Source of the DNA: Candidatus Latescibacterota bacterium
GTDB taxonomy: Bacteria; Latescibacterota; UBA2968
Assembly (NCBI GenBank): GCA_965207885.1
Contig: OZ242311.1
Coordinates: forward strand, 768,001 to 832,000
Reading direction: 5' to 3'
DNA: 64,000 nt
In this document: positions 25,946 through 36,232 of the stretch, in pieces
How positions within the stretch are numbered: the first letter of the stretch is position 1
Layout of the letters: each line of letters starts with the position of its first letter
Position numbers and translations under genes: made by a program
Notes under the pieces: model-generated
The model's input: the letters and a program-made list of their open reading frames with translations, nothing else
Database searches by the model: none
What the model was told of the DNA's origin: nothing

Positions 25946-28003
25946 ATGTCCAGAATTCAACCCCTACCTCTTCCTCAGTATTTTAATCCCGAGACTTTTA
26001 TGCTATCTCGCTGGGAAGAGGGCAAGATGTACCATGCGCCGCGTCAGGCGGCTGAGTTTGCCAATGATCTTCTGGCGAATGGCGCGCGCGAGGATATCGA
26101 TTTGGCTGAAAAGGTTCTCGATGCGATGCTGGCGTGTCAGGAGACCCGTGAAGGCGATCCTCATTTGGGGAATTTTCTCTGGGAGCGCGAGGACGAGGTG
26201 GTGGAAGATTTGAATGCGGTCCAGTTTTGTCTTTTTCAGCTTATTCCTTTGATGATTAATTATGGGGATGTGCTTTCTGAGGATTTGCAAGACCGCGTCC
26301 GGCAGAGTATTCGCCTGGGGCTGGAAGAGGTTCGCCGGATTGATGTTCATTTTCGCTATACGAATATTGTGGTTAAGGATATTACCAATACGTGTTTGGG
26401 CGGGGAGTTGCTTGGGGATGAGGCGTTCAAGAGTCGGGGGTATGAGAAGTTCCGGGCGTGGATGGATTTTATGACTCGAAATGGCTGTGCGTACGAGTTT
26501 AATAGTCCGAATTACGCGAATGTGGCGATGCGCGTTTTGCACAGGCTGGGCGAGCTGGTCCAGCACGTGCCCACGCGCATTGGTGCCAGGGCGATGTGCG
26601 CGCGTATTGGCCTTTCCGCAGCCCTGCATATTCATCCGCCTACGGGGCGCTGGGCAGGTCCTTTTAGCCGGGCGTACCGTCACGCGCTTTTTTGCCAGTC
26701 GCCGCCGGAGATTGGTGATTTTCGAGAATATATTGAGATGGGTATTCTTCCCGATTGGCTGTCCGATGCGGTCGATTACCGTCCGGAGACGTTTTTTCTT
26801 TCGGAGACGGCTGATTCGGAAAATGGCGTGGGGATTTCTACGTATCACAGTCCTTCGTTTGCGCTGGGGGTTTCGTCTCAGGAGCTTCGCAGTCAGACGA
26901 ATCGCTTTATTACCGGGCAGTCGAGTGTTTTTATCGCGCATCACAAGACGGGTACAGATCAGACGGGTATTATTTATTCCCGGTATGTGCTGGATGACCA
27001 CTGGCTCGGGTCGTTTCGGTCAACGCCCGCGCGGTCCAATGATCAGATTCTTTTTGAGGAGGGGCAGTGTCACAATGTTCAGGATGGTTCCCGGGCGATT
27101 GTGCTTTATTCGCCGAAGGATCTGGGCGCGATGGCGCCACGGAGCAGTGCCAAAGCCGTTGTGTGCTGGCACGATCGCAGTCTGGTTGATGAGATTTGGG
27201 TTGGTGATGAGAAGGTGGAGTCCCTGCCGTTCGATGTTCCGGAAGGTGCTACGGTTGGTGTTGCGCTCGGTCCCGTTCTTTCCGCGATTCGTCCGCTTGC
27301 GCGTACGGATCTGGGGCGGAATGCGCCTCTTCGTCTGGTGGCATACGATACGCATCTTTTTTTCGAGCTATATAATTATCTGGGTCCGTCCAAGACGTTC
27401 TGGGAGCAGGGACATCCGGGTTCTTTTTATCAGGGCAAACCCCGGTGCGGTTTTTATGCGGAGATGGCTGAGCGGTCGGATTATGCCGATGTGCAATCTT
27501 TTGTGCGGGCGGTTGCTGGCGGTGCTCTGATAGATGATGCTGCGCTTCCTGTGACTTATGAAGCGGGGAAGACGCGGCCGTGGTCTGTGGAATATACCCG
27601 GGATGGGGAGCGTCTCGGTATTGAGATCGATTTGCTGGCGTGGGTTCTGCAGAAGCGCTGGACGCAGGAGGGTGTCCTGGGCTGGCCTCCGCTTGAGTCG
27701 CCGTTCGCCCGTCAGAGTTGTACGGGTGAAATCTCGGTTGGTGACGCTACGTTGATCTGCGGAAGACAGCCCGCATGGCTTTTTGCATGTTCGGAGACCG
27801 AGCGCTATGTGGCTGCTTTTTACGGGGTGGAGCCTGAACCGCTGACGCTTACGGTGCCCGAGGGTGAGGTTCATGTCGAGGCGATGGGGACGGGTATTGT
27901 TGTTTGGGATAAGGGTAACGTTACCGTCGAAGCTGTCCAGTGCGCGGGTGTTGAGATTGCGGGTGGGCGTATGGTTTCTTGTATTACAGCGGAGGGCGCG
28001 TGA
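25946..28003 (+). CDS. Hypothetical protein, possibly heparinase II/III-like lyase fold
   Basis: Long ORF, GGAG RBS before ATG 25946; helical N-half with YTN and EFNSPNY motifs, beta-rich C-half; function tentative. Confidence 0.55.
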   Translation: MSRIQPLPLPQYFNPETFMLSRWEEGKMYHAPRQAAEFANDLLANGAREDIDLAEKVLDAMLACQETREGDPHLGNFLWEREDEVVEDLNAVQFCLFQLIPLMINYGDVLSEDLQDRVRQSIRLGLEEVRRIDVHFRYTNIVVKDITNTCLGGELLGDEAFKSRGYEKFRAWMDFMTRNGCAYEFNSPNYANVAMRVLHRLGELVQHVPTRIGARAMCARIGLSAALHIHPPTGRWAGPFSRAYRHALFCQSPPEIGDFREYIEMGILPDWLSDAVDYRPETFFLSETADSENGVGISTYHSPSFALGVSSQELRSQTNRFITGQSSVFIAHHKTGTDQTGIIYSRYVLDDHWLGSFRSTPARSNDQILFEEGQCHNVQDGSRAIVLYSPKDLGAMAPRSSAKAVVCWHDRSLVDEIWVGDEKVESLPFDVPEGATVGVALGPVLSAIRPLARTDLGRNAPLRLVAYDTHLFFELYNYLGPSKTFWEQGHPGSFYQGKPRCGFYAEMAERSDYADVQSFVRAVAGGALIDDAALPVTYEAGKTRPWSVEYTRDGERLGIEIDLLAWVLQKRWTQEGVLGWPPLESPFARQSCTGEISVGDATLICGRQPAWLFACSETERYVAAFYGVEPEPLTLTVPEGEVHVEAMGTGIVVWDKGNVTVEAVQCAGVEIAGGRMVSCITAEGA

Positions 28004-28599
28004 AGATTTTACTGACGGGTTTTGAACCCTGGGCAGAGTGGTCGTCCAATCCATCGGGTGTTGTGGCTGAGTCTCTGGACGGGTCTTCGATTGGTGGATG
28101 CGAGGTTGTTTCGGCTGTGTTGCCGGTTGTTCACGGGGCGGATATTGATCGGGTTGCTCCGCTGATTGCAGAGCACGAGCCGGTGGCGGTGGTGTGTTTG
28201 GGGTTGCACGGTTCTGCGTCTGCGCTCCATGTCGAGCGCGTTGGGATTAATTTGAAGGTGGTAGATGGGGTCGATTATCCCATTGTTGAAGGAGGTCCGG
28301 ATGCCTATTTTGCAACTGTGCCGACCCGGGCTATGGTTCAGCGGATGGTGGATGCCGGGGTGCCGGCGAGGCTGACGTATTCGGCGGGTACGTTTTTGTG
28401 CAATCACATTATGTATTCTGTGTTGCATCTGGTCGCTGAGGATGATCTGCCTGCGGGGTTTATTCACATGCCGCCTACGCCAGAGCTTGTTACGGAGTTG
28501 GGCAGGTCGCAGCCGAGTATGGCGTTGGAGACGATTCGCACAGGTGTGGTTGCCGGGGTTACGGCTGTGGTGGAAAATATAAAGGTCAGGAGGGTGTGA
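28000..28599 (+). CDS. pcp: Pyroglutamyl-peptidase I
   Basis: ILLTGFEP, NPS, VERVGIN, GPDAYFATVP, SAGTFLCN, GFIH; GTGA overlap start. Confidence 0.93.
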   Translation: MKILLTGFEPWAEWSSNPSGVVAESLDGSSIGGCEVVSAVLPVVHGADIDRVAPLIAEHEPVAVVCLGLHGSASALHVERVGINLKVVDGVDYPIVEGGPDAYFATVPTRAMVQRMVDAGVPARLTYSAGTFLCNHIMYSVLHLVAEDDLPAGFIHMPPTPELVTELGRSQPSMALETIRTGVVAGVTAVVENIKVRRV

Positions 28600-29684
28600 T
28601 GTCGAAGATCAAAATGGGGATTATTGGTTGCGGCGCGATTGCACAGGTGCAGCATATGCCCAATCTGGGTGTTTTGCACGCGCTTTATGAGGTGACGTGG
28701 GTGTGCGATATTTCGCCGGGGTTGGCGCGGTGGCTGGCAGAGGTTTTTGGCGTGCCGAATTTTACGACGGATCCGCATGAGTTGTTACAGGCGCGGGATG
28801 TGGATGCGGTGATTTTGTGCCATGCGGATCCGAAGACGGAACTGGCGGTGGCGGCTTTTGAGGCGGGTAAGCATGTGTTTATTGAGAAGCCGATGTGTTA
28901 TTCGCTTGAGGAAGTGGATGCGATATGTGCCGCGAAGGAGCGAGCGGGTACGGTGGGGCAGGTGGGCTATATGAAGGTCTATGATCCGGCGTATGAGTTG
29001 GCACGGGAGGAGGTGGGGGATGCGGGCGATGTGCGTTTTGTGCAGGTGAATCATTTGCATCCGAATAATAATTTGCATTTGAAGCAGTTTGAGTTGACCT
29101 ATTTTGACGATTTGCCGCCCGAAGCGGCAGTTGAGAGAAACAAAGCGCGGCAGGCGGCTTTGAAGCAGGCGGTGGGCGATGTGTCAGGTGATGTTGCGCG
29201 GGCGTTTTTTACGCTGTCGGGGAGTATGATTCACGATTTGTACGGGTTGCGTCTGATGCTGGGCAATCCGACTGATGTGGTGGGTACCGAGGTGTGGCAA
29301 GGCGGGCGGGCGATGACGACGATTCTGCAATATGCATCGGGGGCGCGGTGCGTGGCTACGTGGATCGATTTGCCCGATCTGTGGCATTTTAAGGAGACGC
29401 TCGAGGTTCACAAGGACGATAAGCGCGTTATTTTGTCGTATCCCACGGGTTTTGCACGGGGGATTTTGTCAACGCTGGATGTGCTGGAGATTCACGCCAA
29501 TGGGTCCCACGGTACGCGCAGTCCCGAAATTGATTGGGAGAGTCCGTTTGTGAGAGAGCTTCGGCATTTTCACGCGTGTATTACAGATGGCGAGCCGTGC
29601 CGCACACCCGTGGAAGATGCGCGGTACGATATTGGGTTGATTATTGATATTACACGGGGGTATGTGGATGGGGGGGACAAATAA
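28599..29684 (+). CDS. Gfo/Idh/MocA oxidoreductase
   Basis: GIIGCGAIA, AGKHVFIEKP, VGYM, IHDL. Confidence 0.92.
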   Translation: MSKIKMGIIGCGAIAQVQHMPNLGVLHALYEVTWVCDISPGLARWLAEVFGVPNFTTDPHELLQARDVDAVILCHADPKTELAVAAFEAGKHVFIEKPMCYSLEEVDAICAAKERAGTVGQVGYMKVYDPAYELAREEVGDAGDVRFVQVNHLHPNNNLHLKQFELTYFDDLPPEAAVERNKARQAALKQAVGDVSGDVARAFFTLSGSMIHDLYGLRLMLGNPTDVVGTEVWQGGRAMTTILQYASGARCVATWIDLPDLWHFKETLEVHKDDKRVILSYPTGFARGILSTLDVLEIHANGSHGTRSPEIDWESPFVRELRHFHACITDGEPCRTPVEDARYDIGLIIDITRGYVDGGDK

Positions 29685-29720
29685 ACAATGGTTTGGTAAA
29701 GGGGAGTTTAACCAAAAGGA

Positions 29721-29749
29721 TTGACATAATATAACTAATTAGCTATAAT
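29721..29749 (+). promoter_or_regulatory. Consensus sigma70 promoter with overlapping palindromic operator
   Basis: TTGACA-17 nt-TATAAT; near-palindrome TATAACTAATTAGCTATA at 29730-29747. Confidence 0.85.
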
Positions 29750-29778
29750 TAGAGCATGGAACGTGAAGGAGGAAGACC

Positions 29779-30105
29779 ATGGGTGAGGATATCAAAGTTG
29801 AAGAGAGCAGTGGCAATATTTTTTTAGATTTGGGCTTTGGTGAAGAGGAAGCAAAAGAGGAGTTGCTCAAAGCCCAACTCGGTGCGGAAATTTTTCGAAT
29901 TCTCGAATACCGCAAGCTGACTCAGACAAAGGCCGCGAGGATTCTGGAAGTTAAGCAGCCAGAAATTTCCCGGCTTAAAAGCGGTAAGTTTTCCTATTAC
30001 AGCGTTGAACGGCTGATGCGGTTTCTCAATCGCCTCAATTGCGAGGTCAGCATTCATATTGCATGGCCGGAGAGTGAAGGGGCCAAAAGGGTTATTGCGG
30101 TATAG
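29779..30105 (+). CDS. XRE/HTH_37 regulator (HigA-like antitoxin), orphan
   Basis: SSGNIFLDLG, KAQL, LTQTKAARIL.V.QPEISRL, SVERL. Confidence 0.88.
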   Translation: MGEDIKVEESSGNIFLDLGFGEEEAKEELLKAQLGAEIFRILEYRKLTQTKAARILEVKQPEISRLKSGKFSYYSVERLMRFLNRLNCEVSIHIAWPESEGAKRVIAV

Positions 30106-30126
30106 TTTATCAAGTTGAATCTGATT

Positions 30127-30170
30127 AAAAGAAGCACCCGATCAATCTCATCTGATCAGGTGCTTTTTTA
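30127..30170. terminator. Bidirectional terminator
   Basis: aaaagaagcacccgatca-atctcatc-tgatcaggtgctttttt between convergent genes. Confidence 0.75.
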
Positions 30171-30186
30171 GTTAATTCAGTTCAAC

Positions 30187-32715
30187 CTACGCCGCACTCC
30201 GTCCCTGTCTCGCTTTTGCCTCCCGGCGGTTGTGCCATTCGACCACGATGGGCGATGCGACAAATGCCGAGGAGTAGGTTCCCACGATGACGCCGATGAG
30301 CAGGGCGAATGCAAAGTCGCGGATTACTTCTCCGCCCAGGAAGATGAGAGAGAGGACGACGAGCATGGTGGTGCCCGAGGTGAGTACCGTGCGGTTGAGA
30401 CACTCGTTGATGGCGCGGTTGATTACGCTGCTAAAGGTGTCGCGGCGATACAATTTGATGTCTTCGCGGATGCGGTCATAAACCACGATTGTATCGTTGA
30501 GGGAGTATCCCACAATGGTGAGCAGGGCCGCCACAATGGCCAGGGAGATCTCCCAATTTAGAACTGAAAAGATCCCGAGGGTGATCATGACGTCGTGGAA
30601 TAGGGCGATGACGGCTGCAATCCCAAATTCGATCTGTCTGAAGCGCCACCACACGTAAATGATAATGAGAATCATTGCGACGAGGATGGCATATACGGCA
30701 TTGGTCTTGAGTTCTTCGCCAATTTTGGGTCCGACGGCTTCCTGCCGCCGCAACCACTCGGTCTCGTCTTGAATATTGCCGGCAAAATCGGATTTGAGTC
30801 TGGTTTTTATGGCATCTGCAATGGCTGTGCCTTCGGCTTCTTCTTCAACGCGAATGAGGATGTCGTTGACCGAGCCGAATTCTTTGATTTCGCTGTTGCG
30901 CAGGTCCATGCTCTGGTCCTCAACGCGGACGTCGCCCAGAGACTGGCGGATGTCGCCGATAGAGGCCGGGGGATCAAAGTGCAATTCGAGCAATGTGCCC
31001 CCGGCAAAGTCGATGCCCAGGTTATAACCACCTTTGGTGATGGTGGATCCCAGGCCGAACAGGATGAGAACAGCCGATAGGATGAACGCGCCCCGTCGAA
31101 CACCGAGAAAGTTGATGCTGGTGTCGCCAAATACGCGCAGCCTGCCGATGCTGAGGCGGGGATTGACCTGGCGCGAGACAATGGTGTCGTAAATGGTGCG
31201 CGTGACAAAGATGGCGGTGAACATTGAGGAGATGATACCGATCATCAGGGTGAGTGCAAATCCCTTGATGGGACCGGTGCCGTATTGGTAGAGCACGATG
31301 GCGGTGATGATGGTGGTTACGTTGGCATCTACGATGGTCTGAACGGCGCGCGCATAACCATTTTCAATGGCTACCCGCAGGGTTTTTTCCGCGCGCAATT
31401 CCTCGCGGATGCGTTCGAGGATCAGCACGTTGGCATCCACTGCCATACCTATGGTTAAGATAATACCCGCTATGCCGGGCAGGGTGAGTGTGCCTTGAAA
31501 TGCCGCGAGTATGGCCATGACAAAGACGAGGTTGAGCACGAGGGCGAGGTCGGCGACGAGGCCCGAGAAACCGTAGTAGATGACCATGAAGACGATGACG
31601 ATGGCCAGGCCAATGAGGGCTGCATTTCTGCCCTGTTCTATGGAGTCGCGCCCAAGCGATGGTCCCACGGTGCGGTCTTCGACGATGTTGACATCGGCGG
31701 GTAGCGCACCCGCGCGCAGGACTATTGCGAGGTCTTTGGCTTCATCAACCGTGCCCGTGCCTTCGATTATGCCCGAGCCCTGGCTGATTTTGGAGCGGAT
31801 TGTGGGTGCGGAATAGACCTGATCGTCGAGGATGATGGCCATGCGTTCGCCCACATTGGCGCCTGTGACCCGTCCAAAGAGGCGCACGCCCTGGCTGGTG
31901 GTGGTAAAGTTGACGATGGGTTGACCGGCGTTTTCAAAGGATTGCCCGGTTGTGACAGAGGCATCGGAGAGGATTTCGCCCGTCATTTCTACGCGCCTTT
32001 TGAGATAATAGAGCGCGCGATAGCGTTGCCCATCGCCCATTTCTTCGTCTTTGGAGTTCCACAGGAATTGTGCGTCGGGTGGCAGGAGCCTTTGTATGTC
32101 CGGGCGGTTCAGAAGTTCCCGCACGGTCAGGATGTTGTCTTCCATGACCACGAGGTCTGGCCCATAAGCGCGCACATAGCGTGCGAGGGATGGGGTGTCT
32201 TCGTCTATTTGTCCGAGGAGCGGGTCTGCGGCTTGCGCGCTGTCAACAGGTGCCTGGGCGGCAAGGTGTCGGTCAATTTTTTCGATTATGCCAACGCGGT
32301 CGGCGTCGGATTTGAGGATTTTGAATTCGAGACGCGCGGTTTTGCCGATCAGGCCCTTGGCGCGTTCGATGTCTTGCACACCCGGCAATTCGACCACGAT
32401 GCGCCAATCGCCTTCGCGGTGAATGATGGGTTCAGAGACGCCAAATTGGTCGATGCGATTGCGGATAATTTCGAGGGCGCGCGCGACCACGTCTGTTTTT
32501 TCATCGTCTGAGAGATTGGTTTGATCCACTTCGAGAACGAGGTGGATGCCCCCTTGTAAGTCTAATCCGAGGTTGATGGCTTGCTGCTTTACGCGCTCTC
32601 GCTCGTCTAAATTTTCCTGAGTTGTGTAGTAAAATTGGTAGGTGGGATAGAGATAAAAGAGTGCGAGCGCTATGGTCGCACCTATGATTAACAAACGCCA
32701 GTATTCTCGGGTCAT
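30187..32715 (-). CDS. secDF: Protein translocase subunit SecDF (fused)
   Basis: LGLDLQGG, RIDQFGVSEP, GALP, VGPSLG, GMAVDANV, GIDFAGG, GYSLNDTIV, GTYSS. Confidence 0.97.
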   Translation of the reverse strand: MTREYWRLLIIGATIALALFYLYPTYQFYYTTQENLDERERVKQQAINLGLDLQGGIHLVLEVDQTNLSDDEKTDVVARALEIIRNRIDQFGVSEPIIHREGDWRIVVELPGVQDIERAKGLIGKTARLEFKILKSDADRVGIIEKIDRHLAAQAPVDSAQAADPLLGQIDEDTPSLARYVRAYGPDLVVMEDNILTVRELLNRPDIQRLLPPDAQFLWNSKDEEMGDGQRYRALYYLKRRVEMTGEILSDASVTTGQSFENAGQPIVNFTTTSQGVRLFGRVTGANVGERMAIILDDQVYSAPTIRSKISQGSGIIEGTGTVDEAKDLAIVLRAGALPADVNIVEDRTVGPSLGRDSIEQGRNAALIGLAIVIVFMVIYYGFSGLVADLALVLNLVFVMAILAAFQGTLTLPGIAGIILTIGMAVDANVLILERIREELRAEKTLRVAIENGYARAVQTIVDANVTTIITAIVLYQYGTGPIKGFALTLMIGIISSMFTAIFVTRTIYDTIVSRQVNPRLSIGRLRVFGDTSINFLGVRRGAFILSAVLILFGLGSTITKGGYNLGIDFAGGTLLELHFDPPASIGDIRQSLGDVRVEDQSMDLRNSEIKEFGSVNDILIRVEEEAEGTAIADAIKTRLKSDFAGNIQDETEWLRRQEAVGPKIGEELKTNAVYAILVAMILIIIYVWWRFRQIEFGIAAVIALFHDVMITLGIFSVLNWEISLAIVAALLTIVGYSLNDTIVVYDRIREDIKLYRRDTFSSVINRAINECLNRTVLTSGTTMLVVLSLIFLGGEVIRDFAFALLIGVIVGTYSSAFVASPIVVEWHNRREAKARQGRSAA

Positions 32716-32745
32716 CGCAGGGAGTTACTCCGTTTATAGTGTGAT

Positions 32746-33714
32746 TTATTGGTCGCGTTCAACCACGTGTTGAACCGCCAATACGAGCGCGTCGCGCGCG
32801 CGGGAGGTGTGTAGTGCGTTCAGGTTTTTGAGAGCGGATTGGGCATAAGAACGCGCTTCTTCTCGCGCGGCTTCTACGCCCCGATAGCGCTGGACAAAGC
32901 GAATGACTTCTCGCCAGTCGCTGTCGGTTTCCACGCCGTTGAGCACTTTGTTGCGAATATGGGCAGCCTCGCCATTTTTGCAATTTGACAGTGCCCGAAT
33001 TAAGGGCAAGGTCAATTTTTTTTCTCGAAGGTCATTTCCCGTAGGCTTGCCCATGTTATTTGCACTGCCCATCAGGTCGAGGACGTCGTCGGTAATCTGG
33101 AAGGCGACGCCTATTTCGCTGCCGAAAGACGCCATGCGAGCGATCTGGTTGGGCGATCCTTTTCCCAAAATAGCACCCAATTCGCAAGCTAGCGCGAGCA
33201 GAGATGCCGTTTTTTGGTTGATCATGCGGAAATAGAGCGAGGCCTCACCTGCAGAAGATATTTCGCCTTCGAGGATTTCTCCTTCAACGACGCGCTGAAT
33301 CGCGTGGGTCGTGGCGTTCATGACCGGTAGAGAGTTGAGGCCAACGAGCACTTGCATTGATTTGGCAAAGAGAAAATCGCCCATCAAAATGGCTGCGCGG
33401 TTGCCCCATTGCAGATGCAGGACGTCGGCTCCCCGGCGCGTTTCTGCGTTGTCGATTACGTCATCGTGAATGAGCGATGCCGTTTGTATAATTTCAACGC
33501 CTACAGCAGCATCGATTACCGCGTCTGAACACTCGCCTACGGCCTGCGCTGTTAAGAATGCAAGGGCAGGTCGAAAACGCCTGCCCCTGTTTTTGACAAC
33601 GTGATAGGCCATCTCTTGTATGCCTCCGACATCAGAGGCTGTCATAATTTCTTCGAGACGGGTTTCAAAGCGTGCGATCTGATATTGGATAGGCGCGAAA
33701 ATTTGGTCTAACAT
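32746..33714 (-). CDS. Polyprenyl diphosphate synthase (IspB/HepT-like)
   Basis: GRRFRP, LIHDDVID..RRG, GDFL, KTA, FQITDDVLD. Confidence 0.93.
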   Translation of the reverse strand: MLDQIFAPIQYQIARFETRLEEIMTASDVGGIQEMAYHVVKNRGRRFRPALAFLTAQAVGECSDAVIDAAVGVEIIQTASLIHDDVIDNAETRRGADVLHLQWGNRAAILMGDFLFAKSMQVLVGLNSLPVMNATTHAIQRVVEGEILEGEISSAGEASLYFRMINQKTASLLALACELGAILGKGSPNQIARMASFGSEIGVAFQITDDVLDLMGSANNMGKPTGNDLREKKLTLPLIRALSNCKNGEAAHIRNKVLNGVETDSDWREVIRFVQRYRGVEAAREEARSYAQSALKNLNALHTSRARDALVLAVQHVVERDQ

Positions 33715-33791
33715 GGCGCGTTTATAAAGGGGTGAGACAAACGAATATTAAGGCGTGAGAAATTAACAAAAAAGGTCGTAAAAGTCAATGA

Positions 33792-34658
33792 TTAGCAATT
33801 GGCGGTTGCTCGTGCGAGTACCGCGCGGGGATATCCACTCAGGTCAGTGTGGGTAATGATGTGGGTGAGGCCAATTTGACGGCTGAGCAGTTGGGTGACG
33901 GCGCGAGCCTGGTCGTGGCCGATTTCCAAACCCAATAGCCCGCCCCGCGCGAGCAAGGGGACGCTTGTGGGTATGATTTTGCGATAGAAGTCGAGGCCGT
34001 CTCTGCCTCCGTCCAGGGCGAGGCGAGGATCACAGTTGCGGACTTCGGGTTGTAGCGCGTCGATTGCGTTGCTGGGAATATAGGGGGGGTTGGAGAGGAT
34101 GGCGTGGAAGCTTTCTGGTTTTGCAAAGGGTGTGAGGAGGTCGGTTAGAAGAAAGGAAATGCGGTCGGACACGCGGTTGAGATGGGCGTTTTGTCTGGCG
34201 AGGCAGAGTGCTTTGCGCGATATATCTGTGGCGATTACATGCGATTTGGGGAGTGCTTTGCCCAGGGTGATGGCGATGATTCCCGATCCCGTGCCAATAT
34301 CGAGGATGCGGGGATTTGTGCAGGTGTTTAATTGTTTGAGGACTACTTCGACAAGGGTCTCTGTTTCTGGCCGGGGGATCAGAGCATCGGGCGAGGTGTG
34401 AAATGGGAGGCCGTAAAATTCGGTGTTGCCCAAAAGGTGTTGCAGGGGAATGCGACCGGCGCGGCGGTGAATCAGGGTGCGAAAGGTCGCGCTTTGTGCA
34501 GGTGTGAGTGGTTGGTGCGCCCGCATAAGCAGTTCTGAACGCGCGCATTCAAGCACATGGGCGAGTGTCCATTCGGCATCTGCCTGTGGACTGGGTACAC
34601 CCGCTTTGATGAGGATGTCTCTGGCCCAGGCCAGAAGGTGGGGAATGGCGGTCGGCAT
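33792..34658 (-). CDS. prmC: Release factor glutamine methyltransferase
   Basis: LIPRPETE, LDIGTGSG, SNPPYI, ALDGG; downstream of prfA. Confidence 0.96.
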   Translation of the reverse strand: MPTAIPHLLAWARDILIKAGVPSPQADAEWTLAHVLECARSELLMRAHQPLTPAQSATFRTLIHRRAGRIPLQHLLGNTEFYGLPFHTSPDALIPRPETETLVEVVLKQLNTCTNPRILDIGTGSGIIAITLGKALPKSHVIATDISRKALCLARQNAHLNRVSDRISFLLTDLLTPFAKPESFHAILSNPPYIPSNAIDALQPEVRNCDPRLALDGGRDGLDFYRKIIPTSVPLLARGGLLGLEIGHDQARAVTQLLSRQIGLTHIITHTDLSGYPRAVLARATANC

Positions 34659-34663
34659 GGGGG

Positions 34664-35740
34664 TTAGAGGATGTGTTCCTGTTGTTTGAGTTTTTCCGTT
34701 TGGTCAGAGAGACGAAGGGCTTCGATGAGTTCTGCGATGTTGCCGTCCAGAATGTCTTCGAGTCTGTGCAGGGTGAGTTTGATACGGTGGTCGGTTACAC
34801 GCCCCTGTGGGAAATTGTAGGTGCGAATTTTCGCGCTTCGGTCGCCGCTGCCAATTTGTGAGCGGCGGTCTGCGGCGGTTTTGGCCTGTTGTTCGCGGAT
34901 GGCCTGATCCAGCAGGCGCGAGCGCAAGACTTTGAGTGCTTTGGCTCTGTTTTTGTGTTGGGATTTTTCGTCCTGACACGTAACGACGAGTCCCGATGGC
35001 AGGTGGGTGATGCGCACTGCCGAGTCGGTGGTGTTGACGCTTTGGCCTCCGGGACCTGATGAGCGAAAGACATCTATTTTGAGGTCGTTGAGGTCGATGT
35101 CTATATCGACTTCTTCTGCATCGGGAAGAACGGCTACGGTAGCTGTCGAGGTGTGGATGCGGCCGCTGGATTCGGTTTCGGGTATGCGCTGGACCCGGTG
35201 TACGCCGCTTTCGTATTTTAACCTGCCGTAGATGCCGTTGCCAACGACTAAGAAGATGATCTCTTTGTATCCACCAATTCCCGTGGGGTTTGAACTGAGG
35301 ATTTCACAGCGTCCACCGGTGTGTTCTGCATAGCGCGAATACATGCGGTAGAGATCGGCGGCAAAGAGGGCGGCTTCTTCTCCTCCTGCGCCTGCGCGTA
35401 TTTCGACGACGGTGTCTTTGTCGTCGTTGGGGTCTTTGGGGATTAAGAGCATTTTGAGCGTGTTGGACAGATCCGATTCCCGTTGATCGAGGTCCTCTTT
35501 TTCCATTTGAGCCATATCGACGAGTTCGGCATCATCTGAGGAACTGATGATGTCATTTATATCGCCCAGTTCTTCGCGCACGTTGTTGTAGTCGCGATAA
35601 GTTGTGACGATTTCTTCGAGGTCGCGGTATTCTTTGCCGAGTTTGCGAAGGCGGTTGGGGTTTGAGGCGACTTCGGGCCTGGCCATTTCTTCGCCGAGTT
35701 TGAAATAGCGGGTTTCAATGGTTTTGAGTTGTTCAAACAT
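34664..35740 (-). CDS. prfA: Peptide chain release factor 1
   Basis: [14 protein letters not shown] (PxT), [16 protein letters not shown]. Confidence 0.97.
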   Translation of the reverse strand: MFEQLKTIETRYFKLGEEMARPEVASNPNRLRKLGKEYRDLEEIVTTYRDYNNVREELGDINDIISSSDDAELVDMAQMEKEDLDQRESDLSNTLKMLLIPKDPNDDKDTVVEIRAGAGGEEAALFAADLYRMYSRYAEHTGGRCEILSSNPTGIGGYKEIIFLVVGNGIYGRLKYESGVHRVQRIPETESSGRIHTSTATVAVLPDAEEVDIDIDLNDLKIDVFRSSGPGGQSVNTTDSAVRITHLPSGLVVTCQDEKSQHKNRAKALKVLRSRLLDQAIREQQAKTAADRRSQIGSGDRSAKIRTYNFPQGRVTDHRIKLTLHRLEDILDGNIAELIEALRLSDQTEKLKQQEHIL

Positions 35741-35766
35741 GGTGGTTCTTTCGGTTTTTATCACAC

Positions 35767-35811
35767 AAAAAGGGCGAAACAGTCGCGGCATGCGGCCGTT
35801 TCACCCTTTTC
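35767..35811. other. Long intergenic hairpin between rpmE2 and prfA
   Basis: aaaagggcgaaac-agtcgc-ggcat-gcggcc-gtttcaccctttt; possible terminator or processing stem. Confidence 0.55.
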
Positions 35812-35827
35812 CATGTGGATCGCGTTG

Positions 35828-36118
35828 CTAACTGTCCGTTTTTTCTTCTTCCTTTTCTTCTTCCCCGTCTTCAATACCATACCGGCGGCGATAGCGCTCG
35901 ACCATACCGGCGGTGTCAACGAGCATCATCTTGCCCGTGAAGAACGGATGGGTAGCCGAACTGATTTCCATTTTGATCAGTGGATAGGTGTTGCCGTCTT
36001 CCCATTCGATGGTTTCTTCAGAAGTGTGCGTCGATCGCGTTTTGACCCGAAATGGTGGGTTGGCACTGACGTCTTCAAAGATCACGTCGCGGTATTCTGG
36101 ATGAATATCGGGTTTCAT
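35828..36118 (-). CDS. rpmE2: 50S ribosomal protein L31 type B (no zinc Cys)
   Basis: [35 protein letters not shown]. Confidence 0.95.
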   Translation of the reverse strand: MKPDIHPEYRDVIFEDVSANPPFRVKTRSTHTSEETIEWEDGNTYPLIKMEISSATHPFFTGKMMLVDTAGMVERYRRRYGIEDGEEEKEEEKTDS

Positions 36119-36232
36119 GAGATTGTCCTCAAGTTGTTCAATTTCAGTATGTTGAAAAAGTAAAACAGGTTGCGAGACTTCTGCGGGCCAAAGAATATAC
36201 CAAAATGCCCAAAAATAATCAAGTTGCAGTGC

